This document shows positions 29,567-39,985 of a stretch of 64,000 bases of DNA, in pieces. How positions within the stretch are numbered: the first letter of the stretch is position 1; every line of letters starts with the position of its first letter. This DNA is from Candidatus Bathyarchaeota archaeon. Lineage in GTDB: Archaea > Thermoproteota > Bathyarchaeia > Bathyarchaeales > Bathycorpusculaceae. Made by a program: the position numbers and the translations under genes. The stretch spans positions 32,001 to 96,000 of the forward strand of contig CAWGZR010000005.1 in the NCBI GenBank assembly GCA_963827165.1. The letters are read 5' to 3'. The notes under the pieces were generated by a model. That model searched no databases. It saw only the letters and a list, made by a program, of their open reading frames with translations, and was not told where the DNA came from.

Positions 29567-30094
29567 CTACAGCATTTTCTCTTTCATAACGGACAGGACA
29601 TCGCTGGGTTTAAGCAGTGAAATTCCCGTGAGGGCGCCCAGAACCTCGATCTGAAGGATGCGGTTGGGGTTGTTCATGTCTGCTTTGCGTTTAATGTCTG
29701 AAGCCGCAGCTTCAATGATTTCTTTGGAGTGCAACGCGGTGAAGCGTTTCTCAACAGTGACCCTGAAGGATTCTTGTTCGCCGATTCTGGCGGCTAACTC
29801 TTGTGTTACATGTTTGATTTCTGCCAAGTCGGTTGGTATAACCCGTTCGATGGGAACGATTCGCAGGGAGTAACGGAACTCGTATGGACGCTCCTTAAGG
29901 ATGTCGCGTAGCTTTTCTATGGCGGTGAAGGGATCTAGTGTGGTTTTAGCCACGATTAAGCCACGGATTTTAGTCTTAGCTGCCTGCGGGTCAGGGTCGC
30001 CTAACTCATCTTTGAGCAAGTAAAACAGCTCGTTGCACATCGGCCTCTCGTTACCTCTTGCTGTCGTAGCAACAAGGTTGAAGTTACTGATCAT
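29567..30094 (-). CDS. THUMP-domain protein (Tan1-like)
   Basis: SFRVTVEKR, KADMNNPNRILQIEVLG. Confidence 0.88.
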   Translation of the reverse strand: MISNFNLVATTARGNERPMCNELFYLLKDELGDPDPQAAKTKIRGLIVAKTTLDPFTAIEKLRDILKERPYEFRYSLRIVPIERVIPTDLAEIKHVTQELAARIGEQESFRVTVEKRFTALHSKEIIEAAASDIKRKADMNNPNRILQIEVLGALTGISLLKPSDVLSVMKEKML

Positions 30095-30807
30095 AACGTT
30101 CCCAGAATTGAAAATGGGGACAGGTTATTTCTGCCTTTGGCTTCCCCGCCGGATATTTTCTTTTTTCGCACCAGTACCTGTAGGTTTTCTAGATTCCCAA
30201 ACGGGAGTGTCTGATGAACCAAAGAGATGAAAAACTCTTTTCAGGGCACTGCGTTTGTCTGTGAATGCAACGTGTACCCCTAGTCCGATTAGACGCTTCA
30301 ATTAGGCGCCAAATACTTCGATGAAGAAATCGACACAAGGTATCGCATGTTGAATTGATTCTTCAAGATACAAATTGCGGCTCTTCATGTAAAAAGCTAA
30401 CCAATTACGTGAAGGGTTTATGTTAATTTTGGGTCAGCGTTATTTTGACGATTTCTCACAGCGTAGAGCTCGAAGCCGTCGCCTCACATCATCCCGATCT
30501 CAATGTGGGTCTACGGAAATTTATTCATTTTGTTCAAAGAAAGCGGGTTTTTTACGAGGTCAGTCGGGTTACAAGGTCTGAGACTCAAGTGTCCAAGTTT
30601 TCGCTTTGCCCAATTTTCACCACTACAGCCTGCATTAGTGTTCCGTTGTTTGAAAGGACTGGAAAGTTTATGTGGAAAAATCTGTTCACGAAACATGTTT
30701 TAGCCCTAATTCATCATGCAGGATTAACGACAGTTGACGAATCTAAATCTTTAAAGTTCCGCAAGGGTAGGGTAGATTATACGTGTATTTGGAGGTGAAA
30801 AAGAGAT

Positions 30808-30876
30808 ATGATATTCGAAGAAGAAGATGAATGGGAAGAAGGCGAAGACGAAGAATGGGAAGAAGAAGAATGGTAA
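30808..30876 (+). CDS. 22-aa acidic Trp-containing micropeptide
   Basis: MIFEEEDEWEEGEDEEWEEEEW* with a perfect GGAGGTGA RBS at 30791-30798 and T-rich tracts downstream. Confidence 0.65.
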   Translation: MIFEEEDEWEEGEDEEWEEEEW

Positions 30877-31019
30877 ACCAATGACCAACTAGTTTTCACT
30901 ATATCTTTTCTTTAGACTAAGCTTTCCATTGTTTTGGTTTTGCCGTTATTAAAAAAAAGGACAGACACTTTTTCCATGATCGTTTTTTATCCGATATTCT
31001 TTGCGAAGAACTCCAAAGT

Positions 31020-31255
31020 CATTTTGTGAATGCAAGGAACCTTAACACGACTTGAAATTTAGCGATCATTCGCTAAAAGCTTAACTGAAAAGACACTTGC
31101 GATAATTGGCGATAGCAAGAGAAGTTGACGTGTCAATTTACGATGCCTCGTATCTTTCCGTTCTGAAAACCAAATCCAAATTAATTACGGTCGACGAGAA
31201 AATGTCCTAAAAGTGTAGGGCATCTTCGGTGTTCTCCATGTTAAAGAATACGTAC
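31020..31255 (+). pseudogene. VapC/PIN toxin remnant
   Basis: LAIAREVDVSIYDASYLSV..SKLITVDEK (31106-31210) with stops on either side. Confidence 0.6.
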
Positions 31256-31321
31256 AAAATTTCAACTCCGCTTTTTTAAATTTATAACTTAGTTGTTACC
31301 TTCATAGTTGAGAGTTTAGCT

Positions 31322-33127
31322 ATGACCCGAATTGCTGTGCTTAATCAGGACAAATGCAAAGTTAAAAAATGCAACCAAGTCTGCGTCAGCTACTGCCCGA
31401 TGGTTCGCAGCAGAGTGGAAGCCATTAGGGTAGAAGGAAACAAAGCGGTCATATCCGAATCTCTCTGCAGTGGCTGCGGGATCTGTGTTAAGAAATGTCC
31501 CTTCAAAGCCATCACTGTTGTCAACTTGCCCGACGAGTTAGAGAAGGATTGCAGCCACCGGTTCACCGAAAACAGCTTCAAACTTTTCCGGTTACCAATG
31601 CCATCACCCGGCACGGTGCTGGGTTTACTGGGACAGAACGGCATAGGCAAAACCACGACGCTTAAGGTTTTCTCTGGTGAGATAAAACCGAACTTGGGAA
31701 AGTTCAATGATCCGCCTGATTGGCCGGAAATAATCCAGTATTATCGGGGTTCAAGCCTTCAAGATTACTTTCAGAAAATGAGTGAGAAAAAACTCAAAGT
31801 GAGCAGCAAACCCCAGTACGTTGATAAAATTCCGAAGGCGGTCGCTGGGAAAGTGGGCGATTTGCTGGAAAAGGTTGATGAAAGAAAACAGTTAGACGCC
31901 ATCGCTGAGGAGCTTGAGCTCAAAAAAGTGTGGGACAGACCTTTAGATGTTCTTAGTGGTGGGGAACTTCAACGTGTTGCCGTCGCCGCTGCCCTCAGCC
32001 GCGACGCTGACGTTTACCTTTTTGATGAGCCATCAAGCTACCTTGACGTTAAGCAGAGGCTCGTCGTCGCAAGGGCTATTCGCAGCCTCAAGGAACAGCA
32101 GAAAACCATTATCGTTGCTGAACATGACTTAGCCATAATCGACTACTTGTCGGACCAAATCTGCTTATTCTATGGCGAACCAAGTGTCTACGGCGTCGTT
32201 TCACACGTTCACGGTACACGAACAGGCATAAACATTTACCTCCAAGGATACATCCCTGACGAGAACATAATGTTCCGAAAGGAAGCAATTGTTTTCCATG
32301 AGAAGCCGCCGACCGCAGGCTCAAACATTGGTGAACCAATTTTGAAGTGGGACCACATGGAAAAGTCGTTCAACGAATTTAAGCTCTTCATTGAGCCCGG
32401 CGAAATCAAAGTCGGCGAAATCGTTGGCATTTTGGGTCCTAACGGGATTGGAAAAACCACGTTTGTAAAGATTCTTGCTGGCATTGAGGAAACGGATAAT
32501 AAGAAAAAGCTTGGGGAGTTAACTGTAAGCTACAAACCTCAGTATATTGCCCCGGATTATGCTGGAACTGTTGCAGAATTGCTCATGAGCGTTGCCAAAG
32601 AAAACTTCACTTCAAGCTGGTACAAAACCGAGGTATCCCAACCGCTAAGACTTCAGGTTCTAATGGACAAAAACGTAATGGAACTAAGCGGTGGAGAGCT
32701 TCAAAAAGTCGCGATTGCTGCCTGCCTCAGCCGCAAAGCTGACCTGTACCTTCTTGATGAGCCAAGCGCATACTTAGACGTTGAAGAACGCTTGAACATG
32801 GCTAAGACTCTTCGACGGGTTGTTGAAGCTCACGGCATCCCAGCCTTTGTGGTTGAACACGACGTTGTAACCCAGGACTTCATCGCCGATCGTCTAATGG
32901 TTTTCAACGGTGAACCCGGCGTTAAGGGCACAGCAAATCCTCCGACCAGCCTCAGGAAAGGCATGAACACTTTCCTCAAAGAAATGGACATAACCTTCCG
33001 ACGAGACTCAGTCACAATGCGTCCCAGAGTCAACAAAGAAGACTCGCAAATGGACAAGTTCCAAAAAGGTATAGGCGAATATTATTACACCAAAACAACA
33101 AAGCCAGAACCAATAGCCAAGAAATAG
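31322..33127 (+). CDS. rli: ABCE1/Rli ribosome recycling ATPase
   Basis: N-terminal Fe-S Cys cluster, two ABC domains (GQNGIGKT, GPNGIGKT, LSGGELQ). Confidence 0.97.
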   Translation: MTRIAVLNQDKCKVKKCNQVCVSYCPMVRSRVEAIRVEGNKAVISESLCSGCGICVKKCPFKAITVVNLPDELEKDCSHRFTENSFKLFRLPMPSPGTVLGLLGQNGIGKTTTLKVFSGEIKPNLGKFNDPPDWPEIIQYYRGSSLQDYFQKMSEKKLKVSSKPQYVDKIPKAVAGKVGDLLEKVDERKQLDAIAEELELKKVWDRPLDVLSGGELQRVAVAAALSRDADVYLFDEPSSYLDVKQRLVVARAIRSLKEQQKTIIVAEHDLAIIDYLSDQICLFYGEPSVYGVVSHVHGTRTGINIYLQGYIPDENIMFRKEAIVFHEKPPTAGSNIGEPILKWDHMEKSFNEFKLFIEPGEIKVGEIVGILGPNGIGKTTFVKILAGIEETDNKKKLGELTVSYKPQYIAPDYAGTVAELLMSVAKENFTSSWYKTEVSQPLRLQVLMDKNVMELSGGELQKVAIAACLSRKADLYLLDEPSAYLDVEERLNMAKTLRRVVEAHGIPAFVVEHDVVTQDFIADRLMVFNGEPGVKGTANPPTSLRKGMNTFLKEMDITFRRDSVTMRPRVNKEDSQMDKFQKGIGEYYYTKTTKPEPIAKK

Positions 33128-33411
33128 CTCAAGCAATTGTTTGTTCGGTTCTTCGTTCACATACCGCCTAAGGCGATTGGCAAAAGATAGCTCCAAATTA
33201 GGAGCCAAAGAACAAAGTAAAATCAAATGCTTATCTTGCAATATCCCAGCTAATTTTACATTTTTAAAGCAAAAACAATCATTTGCAACCGACTCCACAT
33301 TTGCCAAAACCAAAATTTTTTCCTCGGTATGCAGTTAACTTAAAAAACAAGCAACAAATATACTAAGCACTCGACAGGGAGAAAACAGGGAAAAAGCGGT
33401 GTTGGCAGCAA

Positions 33412-35037
33412 GTGGCTCAAGCAACCTTCGATGAAATTTCAGCCAGTGACTTCTTTTACAGGAACAGAGACATCGCTGGCTTCACAAACCCATCCAGAGC
33501 CATATTCGCCGCAATCCGAGAGTTAGTCGAAAACTCTTTGGATGCCGCCGAAAGCCAAAAAATACCACCCGAAATTTACGTGCGCCTCTCTTTCGAGGGT
33601 GAAGCCTCCAAAGATACTCAAATCTACAAGCTGCGCGTAGAGGATAACGGTAGTGGAATTCAACCACGCTTCATCCCGTCTGCTTTTGGACAGGTGCTCT
33701 TTGGAAGCAAGTATAAACTGAAGCAGACGCGGGGAACGTTCGGTTTAGGCGGGAAAATGGCTGTTCTTTACGGTCAAGTCACTACTCATCAGCCAGCCTT
33801 CGTAACTTCCTCCACGGGGCAGGCGAAGATTTATAGTTTTAAGTTAATGATTGATATTCAAAGGAATCGCCCAATAATTCTAGATCGCAAAGTCCTAATC
33901 AACAAGGACAATTGGCGTGGAACTATCGTTGAGTTCTCTCTTGAAGGCGACTACCTAAGGGCGATGCCTAAAATCCTCGATTACTTCAAGCAAACAGCTA
34001 TGGTGAACCCCTACGCGAATCTGACTTTTGTCGATCCTAAAGGCAGGCTCTACAAATTCACGCGAGCAACCACCGAAATGCCAGAGCCACCCAAAGAAAC
34101 CTTGCCGCATCCCTACGGCGTAGACGTTGAATTACTACAGCGGCTCATAATGGTCACCCCTTTCAATAACATGACTGACTTCTTGACAGGACACTTTCAC
34201 AGAGTCGGCGCCGTCACCGCACTCAAATTCCTGATCTTCAGCGACTTAATCACGTTCACATGCTCGCAACATGGCAAAATTCCAACTGACCAGATAAAAT
34301 TAGTTGACAATAAACCAGTCTGCCCACAATGCGGGAAAGATGCACAATCAAGCACTAAGAATCCTAAACGGTTGTCCCATGAAGAAATTGTTCGCTTAAT
34401 GCAGAACCTAAAAAAATACAAGGATTTCCTGCCTCCGGACGCCAGTTGCCTTTCACCCTTAGGCGAGGAATTGCTTAAAACAGGCGTTCAAAAAGAGTTG
34501 AGCCCCGAGTACCTTGTCGTGCACCAACGCAAACCATCCACTTATGCAGGCCATCCTTTCATCGTTGAAATGGCAATCGCTTACGGTGGCGGAGTGCCGA
34601 AGCGAGGCAGCTTTGTGATTTACCGTTTCGCCAACAAAATCCCGTTGCTGTACGATGAAGCAAGCGACGTTTCTTACCGCGTGATCTCAGCCATGAATTG
34701 GCGCCGCTACAAAGTTGCTCCAGACATGCCCATCGCCATCGTCATTCATATATGTAGCACAAAAGTGCCATACAAGACTGTTGGCAAAGAATTTATCGCT
34801 GATCGCCCCGAAGTGCGTCGCGAAGAAGCAAACGCGATCCGCGAAGTTGCTCGACAACTGCAGCATTTCCTTTCACGTCAAGAACACGTTCATATGGAGA
34901 AGAAGAGGCTTGGAATCTTCGGCAAGTACCTGCCTAAAATCGCCCAGTTCTCCGCGACGTTAGCTGGGCAAGAACGGGTTCCAGACATAGATAAACTGTT
35001 AAAGAGTGTACAAAAGTATGGCGCAGAAGAAAGCTAA
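33412..35037 (+). CDS. top6B: DNA topoisomerase VI subunit B
   Basis: ELVENSLDA, EDNGSG, RGTFGLG, RFANKIPLLY. Confidence 0.96.
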   Translation: MAQATFDEISASDFFYRNRDIAGFTNPSRAIFAAIRELVENSLDAAESQKIPPEIYVRLSFEGEASKDTQIYKLRVEDNGSGIQPRFIPSAFGQVLFGSKYKLKQTRGTFGLGGKMAVLYGQVTTHQPAFVTSSTGQAKIYSFKLMIDIQRNRPIILDRKVLINKDNWRGTIVEFSLEGDYLRAMPKILDYFKQTAMVNPYANLTFVDPKGRLYKFTRATTEMPEPPKETLPHPYGVDVELLQRLIMVTPFNNMTDFLTGHFHRVGAVTALKFLIFSDLITFTCSQHGKIPTDQIKLVDNKPVCPQCGKDAQSSTKNPKRLSHEEIVRLMQNLKKYKDFLPPDASCLSPLGEELLKTGVQKELSPEYLVVHQRKPSTYAGHPFIVEMAIAYGGGVPKRGSFVIYRFANKIPLLYDEASDVSYRVISAMNWRRYKVAPDMPIAIVIHICSTKVPYKTVGKEFIADRPEVRREEANAIREVARQLQHFLSRQEHVHMEKKRLGIFGKYLPKIAQFSATLAGQERVPDIDKLLKSVQKYGAEES

Positions 35038-36100
35038 GATTATTGAGAGAAGAAACGAAGTTCTCGCCGGCTTGAAAAAGTTCGGCAGCAAAATGTACAG
35101 TCAGCTAGACGAAGGTGTTTTTCCAACTATTGATATGCCAAGCCGCGGGACCGACAACATAATGTATGATGCGACTCTGCGTCAATACATTCTTGGCGAA
35201 AAAAACGTCAGTCGAAGCGCAAGAAACATAAGGCACATTAAACCGTTCACTCAGCTGGCCTGGGCAGCCATGTTCAGCAACGAACTTACCTCGCAGCGCA
35301 AAACTAGCACCTTAAGAGATGTCTACTACTCCGCGCAGGCTTACGAAATGACTTTCACGGACCAGCAGGAATCCAACAACATAATCACCGACCTGGAAAC
35401 GCTAACAGGGTTCGCACGGGAAGACTTTCACATTTTCCCAGAAGAACGCAGCGCAATCTTCGGCGACTTAGATATAGGCTATACTGTCCCAGGCTATGAG
35501 GGCAAAACCCTGAATTTAACTAGCCACCCCGACGGCGTCTTGATCGGCCCAGCCTTAACCTCGTCCGAGTTAATAAAAACGAACGCCAACAAAGTCATAG
35601 CCATAGAGAAAGGCGCCCTATTCACAAGATTCATTGAAGAAAACGTTCATAATAAACACAAGGCGCTGCTAATTTCATGCGGCGGACAAGCACCTAGACA
35701 AACCCGCAGCTTCATTAGGCGATTACACGATGAACTGAATTTGCCCGTTTACATTTTAACCGACGGTGACCCATGGGGGATGCACATTGCACAGGTCATT
35801 ATTTCGGGTTCAGCCAACGCAGCCCACCTAAGAGAACTCAACACGCCTGATGCAGTTTGGAGTGGTGTTTGGGCGAGCGACATAATCGAGTACAAGCTAC
35901 CGACGGATCCGCTGGATGAAGTAGACATAAAACGCCTTTATGAGTTGCAGAAAGACCCACGCTACCAGAATGACCCTATCTGGCAAAAAGAAATAAAGTT
36001 GTTTTTGAAGATAAAAAGAAAGGCTGAGCAGGAAGCTTTCAGCCGTTATGGATTAACCTATATTGTTGATGAGTATCTGCCGACAAAACTGAAGAATTAA
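35018..36100 (+). CDS. top6A: DNA topoisomerase VI subunit A
   Basis: TLRDVYY catalytic Tyr region, AIEK, TDGDPWG TOPRIM. Confidence 0.96.
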   Translation: MAQKKAKIIERRNEVLAGLKKFGSKMYSQLDEGVFPTIDMPSRGTDNIMYDATLRQYILGEKNVSRSARNIRHIKPFTQLAWAAMFSNELTSQRKTSTLRDVYYSAQAYEMTFTDQQESNNIITDLETLTGFAREDFHIFPEERSAIFGDLDIGYTVPGYEGKTLNLTSHPDGVLIGPALTSSELIKTNANKVIAIEKGALFTRFIEENVHNKHKALLISCGGQAPRQTRSFIRRLHDELNLPVYILTDGDPWGMHIAQVIISGSANAAHLRELNTPDAVWSGVWASDIIEYKLPTDPLDEVDIKRLYELQKDPRYQNDPIWQKEIKLFLKIKRKAEQEAFSRYGLTYIVDEYLPTKLKN

Positions 36101-36104
36101 GTGT

Positions 36105-36530
36105 TTACATCATGGCTGCGTTGGTTGCCTCTTCTTTCTTTTCCGCCCACACCTTTATGGTTGCTTCGTTGCCCTTAATGTCGGTTGAGCCTTCGATGTG
36201 CCCCTTAGTGTTGTTGAGCCAGCTGAGCCTTGGCGAATTCGTCATGTAAGTCACTTCGCCGCTGAAGTTGTTTGCTTTACCAGTGCCCTTGCCCGAAATC
36301 ATAACAACGTCACCTTCCTTAGTCATCTCGATTGAGCGGCTTTCCCACTCGTTTGTCCCATCCATCTTCATCTTGACGTCGGTGGTTTCCATGTGGCTAG
36401 CTCGATATTTCTCGCCTTTAGCTTCGCCACTGGAATTATACTCTATAATTGCGCCCTCTGAACTAAACTCTTTGATAATCACGGCGTCGGTTTTCTCTTT
36501 GATTTCAACCAACATTTCTCTTTTTTCCAT
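36105..36530 (-). CDS. Hypothetical beta-barrel protein
   Basis: Alternating beta-strand pattern, TNSPRLSWLN motif. Confidence 0.7.
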   Translation of the reverse strand: MEKREMLVEIKEKTDAVIIKEFSSEGAIIEYNSSGEAKGEKYRASHMETTDVKMKMDGTNEWESRSIEMTKEGDVVMISGKGTGKANNFSGEVTYMTNSPRLSWLNNTKGHIEGSTDIKGNEATIKVWAEKKEEATNAAMM

Positions 36531-36755
36531 CAAAAAACACCATCCAATAAAAATCAAGTTGAAAATTTATCTTTATGTGACTGTGCTACGGCAAGAACAA
36601 GCTTTGGCAGCGCAGCCTGAGGACAGGTTTGAAGCGGATTGCCTTTTCTTCAGCCGCCTTTGGCAGAGACTTAAAGGGTGAGAAACAACAAATAATTTAA
36701 AATACCCCTCTTGTTTAATGTAGCCATTAACACGGAGAGACAGGGCGCATCATCT

Positions 36756-36959
36756 ATGAGTGAAGAAGGCGACACATTCTGGGTATCGCTTGCCGAAAAA
36801 TTCTTCGGCTTAATCGTAATAGTAATAGGCGGAGTGCTGCTTTATTTGACAGCTACAAGCACAAGCGAGCTTGGCGCGTTCAGCCTGTTCTTCGGGGTTT
36901 TAAGCGTAATCCTGCTTGCCATCGGCTTGTTCATGCTTCTGGTTAGACCTTCAGAATAG
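36756..36959 (+). CDS. Small two-TM membrane protein
   Basis: Two hydrophobic segments. Confidence 0.7.
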   Translation: MSEEGDTFWVSLAEKFFGLIVIVIGGVLLYLTATSTSELGAFSLFFGVLSVILLAIGLFMLLVRPSE

Positions 36960-37121
36960 CGCTATCAAAAACTCTTTGAAATCTACACTCGACTTTTCGG
37001 GCTATCTTGGTTTTTCCAGCGTTCGCCATTTTGCGATGAATGGTTCGGAATGATGCCGCTATTCATTTATAAACCATAAAAACATTAGTCACATGTACAA
37101 TTTGTTAGGAAGCGAAAAACT

Positions 37122-38909
37122 ATGCCTACACGCCAACCCATCGTATGCGTCTTAGGACATGTAGACGCGGGCAAAACCTCACTTCTAGATGAACTTCGGA
37201 AAACCAGCGTTCAAGCCCGCGAAGCTGGGGGAATGACACAGCACATAGGTGCCAGCTTTTTCCCTGTTGAAACTCTCAAACAGCTTATCGGTCCTTATCT
37301 GTCTAATTTTAAAACAGGCATAGAAATTCCCGGTTTGCTCATTGTGGATACACCTGGACATGAAGCTTTTACAAATCTGCGCCGCAGGGGTGGAAGTGTC
37401 GCTGACATCGCCATCCTCGTTGTAGATGCGCTGCGGGGCTTTGAGGCACAAACCTACGAATGCATAGAAATCTTGAAGGCACGCAAAACCCCGTTCCTCG
37501 TCGCCGTTAACAAGATTGACCGTATCCCAGGCTGGACGCCGCACCAGGGTATGCCGTTTTTGCAGTCTTACGCTTCCCAATCAAGTTTTGTCCGTGAAGC
37601 TCTCGACAACCGCCTCTACACTGTCATGGGAGAGTTTAGTCGGGAAAGCTTCAAAACTGACCGCTTCGACCACATCCGCGACTTCACAATCAATGTGGCT
37701 TTAGTGCCGACAAGCGCCAAAACGGGTGAAGGCCTATCCGAACTCGTTATGGTTTTGGTCGGGTTGAGCCAGCAGTTCCTAAAGAAGCGGCTTCAAACAA
37801 CCGAAGGGGCGGCTAAAGGCTCGGTTCTCGAAGTCAAGGAAGAACCAGGTTTAGGCTTAACGTTGAACACTATCATTTACGACGGCACTCTGCATAAGGA
37901 TGACTTGATTGTTGTAGGTGGGCGCAACGGAGCAATTTCTGCTCGTGTACGTGCTATTTTGGTGCCTAAACCTCTTGACGAGATGAGGGATCCACGGGAT
38001 AAATTCACTTCTGTCGATTGTGTTTTTGCCAGCGCAGGGATTAAAATTGTTGCTCCCGATTTGGAGGGCGCTTTAGCTGGTGCACCCCTTTTCGCCGTCC
38101 CTGCGGGTGAAGACCCAGCAAAGTACTCCAAACTCATAACTGAAGAAATCGGCAGAATCAGAATCTCCAAAGAGATTGAAGGCGTTATCGTCAAAGCTGA
38201 CACTTTGGGTTCTCTCGAAGCAATGGCTGAGATCCTTAAGGCAAACAACGTCCAAGTGCGAATCGCTGATGTGGGCGACATCAGCAAACGTGACGTTATC
38301 GAGGCATCGGTCGTGAAGACGCGTGAACCTTTGGTTGGCGCCGTGTTAGCTTTTGGCGTTAAAACGTTGCCTGACGCCGAGCAAGAAGCAGCAGCAAACG
38401 GCATCCCAATTTTCAACCAACCCATAATCTACAACTTAATCGACGCATATTTGCAATGGGCGAAGAACAAGCGTGAAACCAAGAGTGAGGCCGAATTTGA
38501 TGCGCTTGTGAAGCCGGGAAAAGTAACAGTTTTGCCAAACTGCATTTTCCACAGGGCTAAACCTTTAGTTGTGGGCATTGAAGTTTTAGGCGGAAGACTA
38601 AAACCGAAATATGGACTAATACGCAAAGAAGACGGCAGCGACTTGGGCGAGGTTGACCAGATTCAGGATCAAGGAAAAGCAATAGCTGAAGCTAAAGTGG
38701 GCATGCAGGTCGCAATTTCTATGGATAAACCTATCGCGGGCAGACACGTGTTCGAGAGAGATGTGCTGTATGTTAAGGTTCCTGAGAAGGATGCACAGGC
38801 ATTGTTAACGACCCACGCGGATGACTTAACTGCGGAAGAACAGGATGTGTTGAAAGAATACATTAATATGATGCGCAAAAAAGTACCCTTCTGGGCAGGC
38901 GTCATGTAA
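37122..38909 (+). CDS. infB: Translation initiation factor aIF5B (IF-2)
   Basis: GHVDAGKT, DTPGHE, NKID. Confidence 0.97.
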   Translation: MPTRQPIVCVLGHVDAGKTSLLDELRKTSVQAREAGGMTQHIGASFFPVETLKQLIGPYLSNFKTGIEIPGLLIVDTPGHEAFTNLRRRGGSVADIAILVVDALRGFEAQTYECIEILKARKTPFLVAVNKIDRIPGWTPHQGMPFLQSYASQSSFVREALDNRLYTVMGEFSRESFKTDRFDHIRDFTINVALVPTSAKTGEGLSELVMVLVGLSQQFLKKRLQTTEGAAKGSVLEVKEEPGLGLTLNTIIYDGTLHKDDLIVVGGRNGAISARVRAILVPKPLDEMRDPRDKFTSVDCVFASAGIKIVAPDLEGALAGAPLFAVPAGEDPAKYSKLITEEIGRIRISKEIEGVIVKADTLGSLEAMAEILKANNVQVRIADVGDISKRDVIEASVVKTREPLVGAVLAFGVKTLPDAEQEAAANGIPIFNQPIIYNLIDAYLQWAKNKRETKSEAEFDALVKPGKVTVLPNCIFHRAKPLVVGIEVLGGRLKPKYGLIRKEDGSDLGEVDQIQDQGKAIAEAKVGMQVAISMDKPIAGRHVFERDVLYVKVPEKDAQALLTTHADDLTAEEQDVLKEYINMMRKKVPFWAGVM

Positions 38910-38997
38910 ACACCAGCCATTTTTGTGCCGATTTTTTGATTTAAAGCCAAAATGCATCGAGAAAAATTTCAAAAAAGGTCGAGCCTGAAATGTTTGG

Positions 38998-39603
38998 TTA
39001 AGTTGTCTTTTGTTTGAAACGAATGGTTAACATACCATCAATGCAGAAAGGCGACAATTCCCCTTCCGAATCTTGCCTTATGCACAATGGTTTCATGTCG
39101 CATTTTGGGCAGACCGCACTTTTCAATTGGGGACCTGTTGTGCCTAAGAAGCTTTTTTCTTTGAGCGTTTCATAGGCGAATTTGAGGTATTTGCCTTCAG
39201 CCACGCGCGGTACATTGTATTTGGCTGCTTCAACCCCTGCTTGCGTGGCAAAGTACTCGTAGAACTTTTTCGTGCCTTTTTTCGAGTTGCAGTTTTTGCA
39301 TATCCAAACAAGATTCTTCTCCGTGTCTGGACCGTTGAACTTTCGGGGCAGCAGGTGCTCTAGGGTCAGATTGGCTGTGGCTCCACAGAAAACGCACTGG
39401 TCCCCGTTTTGTCGCTCTTTGACGTACTCGCGGATTTCATTCCAGGCAATGGTGCCTAACTTTAGCTGCTTAAACTTGTTCAAAACAAACCCGTAATCGG
39501 TCTTTCCCATGCCTGCTGAATCAGCGATGATTTTCGCGTATTGCCAATAAATTAAATCTTTAACGGTTTTAACCACTGCAGGCGGCATAATGGTTGCCCT
39601 CAA
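38998..39603 (-). CDS. HNH endonuclease with an additional C-terminal Cys cluster
   Basis: CVFC..EHLLP..G..NLVWICKNCNSKK; C-terminal CPKC..C..C. Confidence 0.85.
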   Translation of the reverse strand: MRATIMPPAVVKTVKDLIYWQYAKIIADSAGMGKTDYGFVLNKFKQLKLGTIAWNEIREYVKERQNGDQCVFCGATANLTLEHLLPRKFNGPDTEKNLVWICKNCNSKKGTKKFYEYFATQAGVEAAKYNVPRVAEGKYLKFAYETLKEKSFLGTTGPQLKSAVCPKCDMKPLCIRQDSEGELSPFCIDGMLTIRFKQKTT

Positions 39604-39688
39604 GTTCTGGAAAGATAACTTTGTAATTACGTCACTTGCACTTTTTAGGGTTTACTACTATCCAACTTTTTTGTTTCTGATTATTTTT

Positions 39689-39985
39689 TTAGCCGCCGCC
39701 TACTGGGGGCAAAATAGCCAACGTATCCCCATTCTGAAGCTCTGTTTGCAGCCCGTTCATCGTTGAGGTACTGTTTCCGTTAACCAGAAATTGCAAAAAA
39801 GCTTTAGGCTGCCCAGATTTGCCATCGTAAACATAATCAGTGAAGGCGGCGCCATATTTTTCTGAAAGCATTTTAAGAACGGAGTCAACCGTCACCTTTC
39901 TGCCAGCTGGGAAAGTTAATGTTTCTTCTCTTTTGTTCACGATTTCTCTGAGGTTAGTGAAGAAGCGAACTTTAACGTCAACCGT
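39689..39985 (-). CDS. Ubiquitin-like SAMP/MoaD family protein
   Basis: VKVRFFTNLRE first strand, LVNG, C-terminal PPVGGG; start inferred at ACG 39985. Confidence 0.88.
   Translation of the reverse strand, partial: TVDVKVRFFTNLREIVNKREETLTFPAGRKVTVDSVLKMLSEKYGAAFTDYVYDGKSGQPKAFLQFLVNGNSTSTMNGLQTELQNGDTLAILPPVGGG

Noticed and set aside
30209-30240. CTGATGA...GAAA hammerhead-like core
   Set aside because: The intervening sequence cannot pair
30445-30798. 117-aa ORF in the track
   Set aside because: No RBS or recognisable motif; likely spurious, and it overlaps the promoter/RBS of the acidic micropeptide
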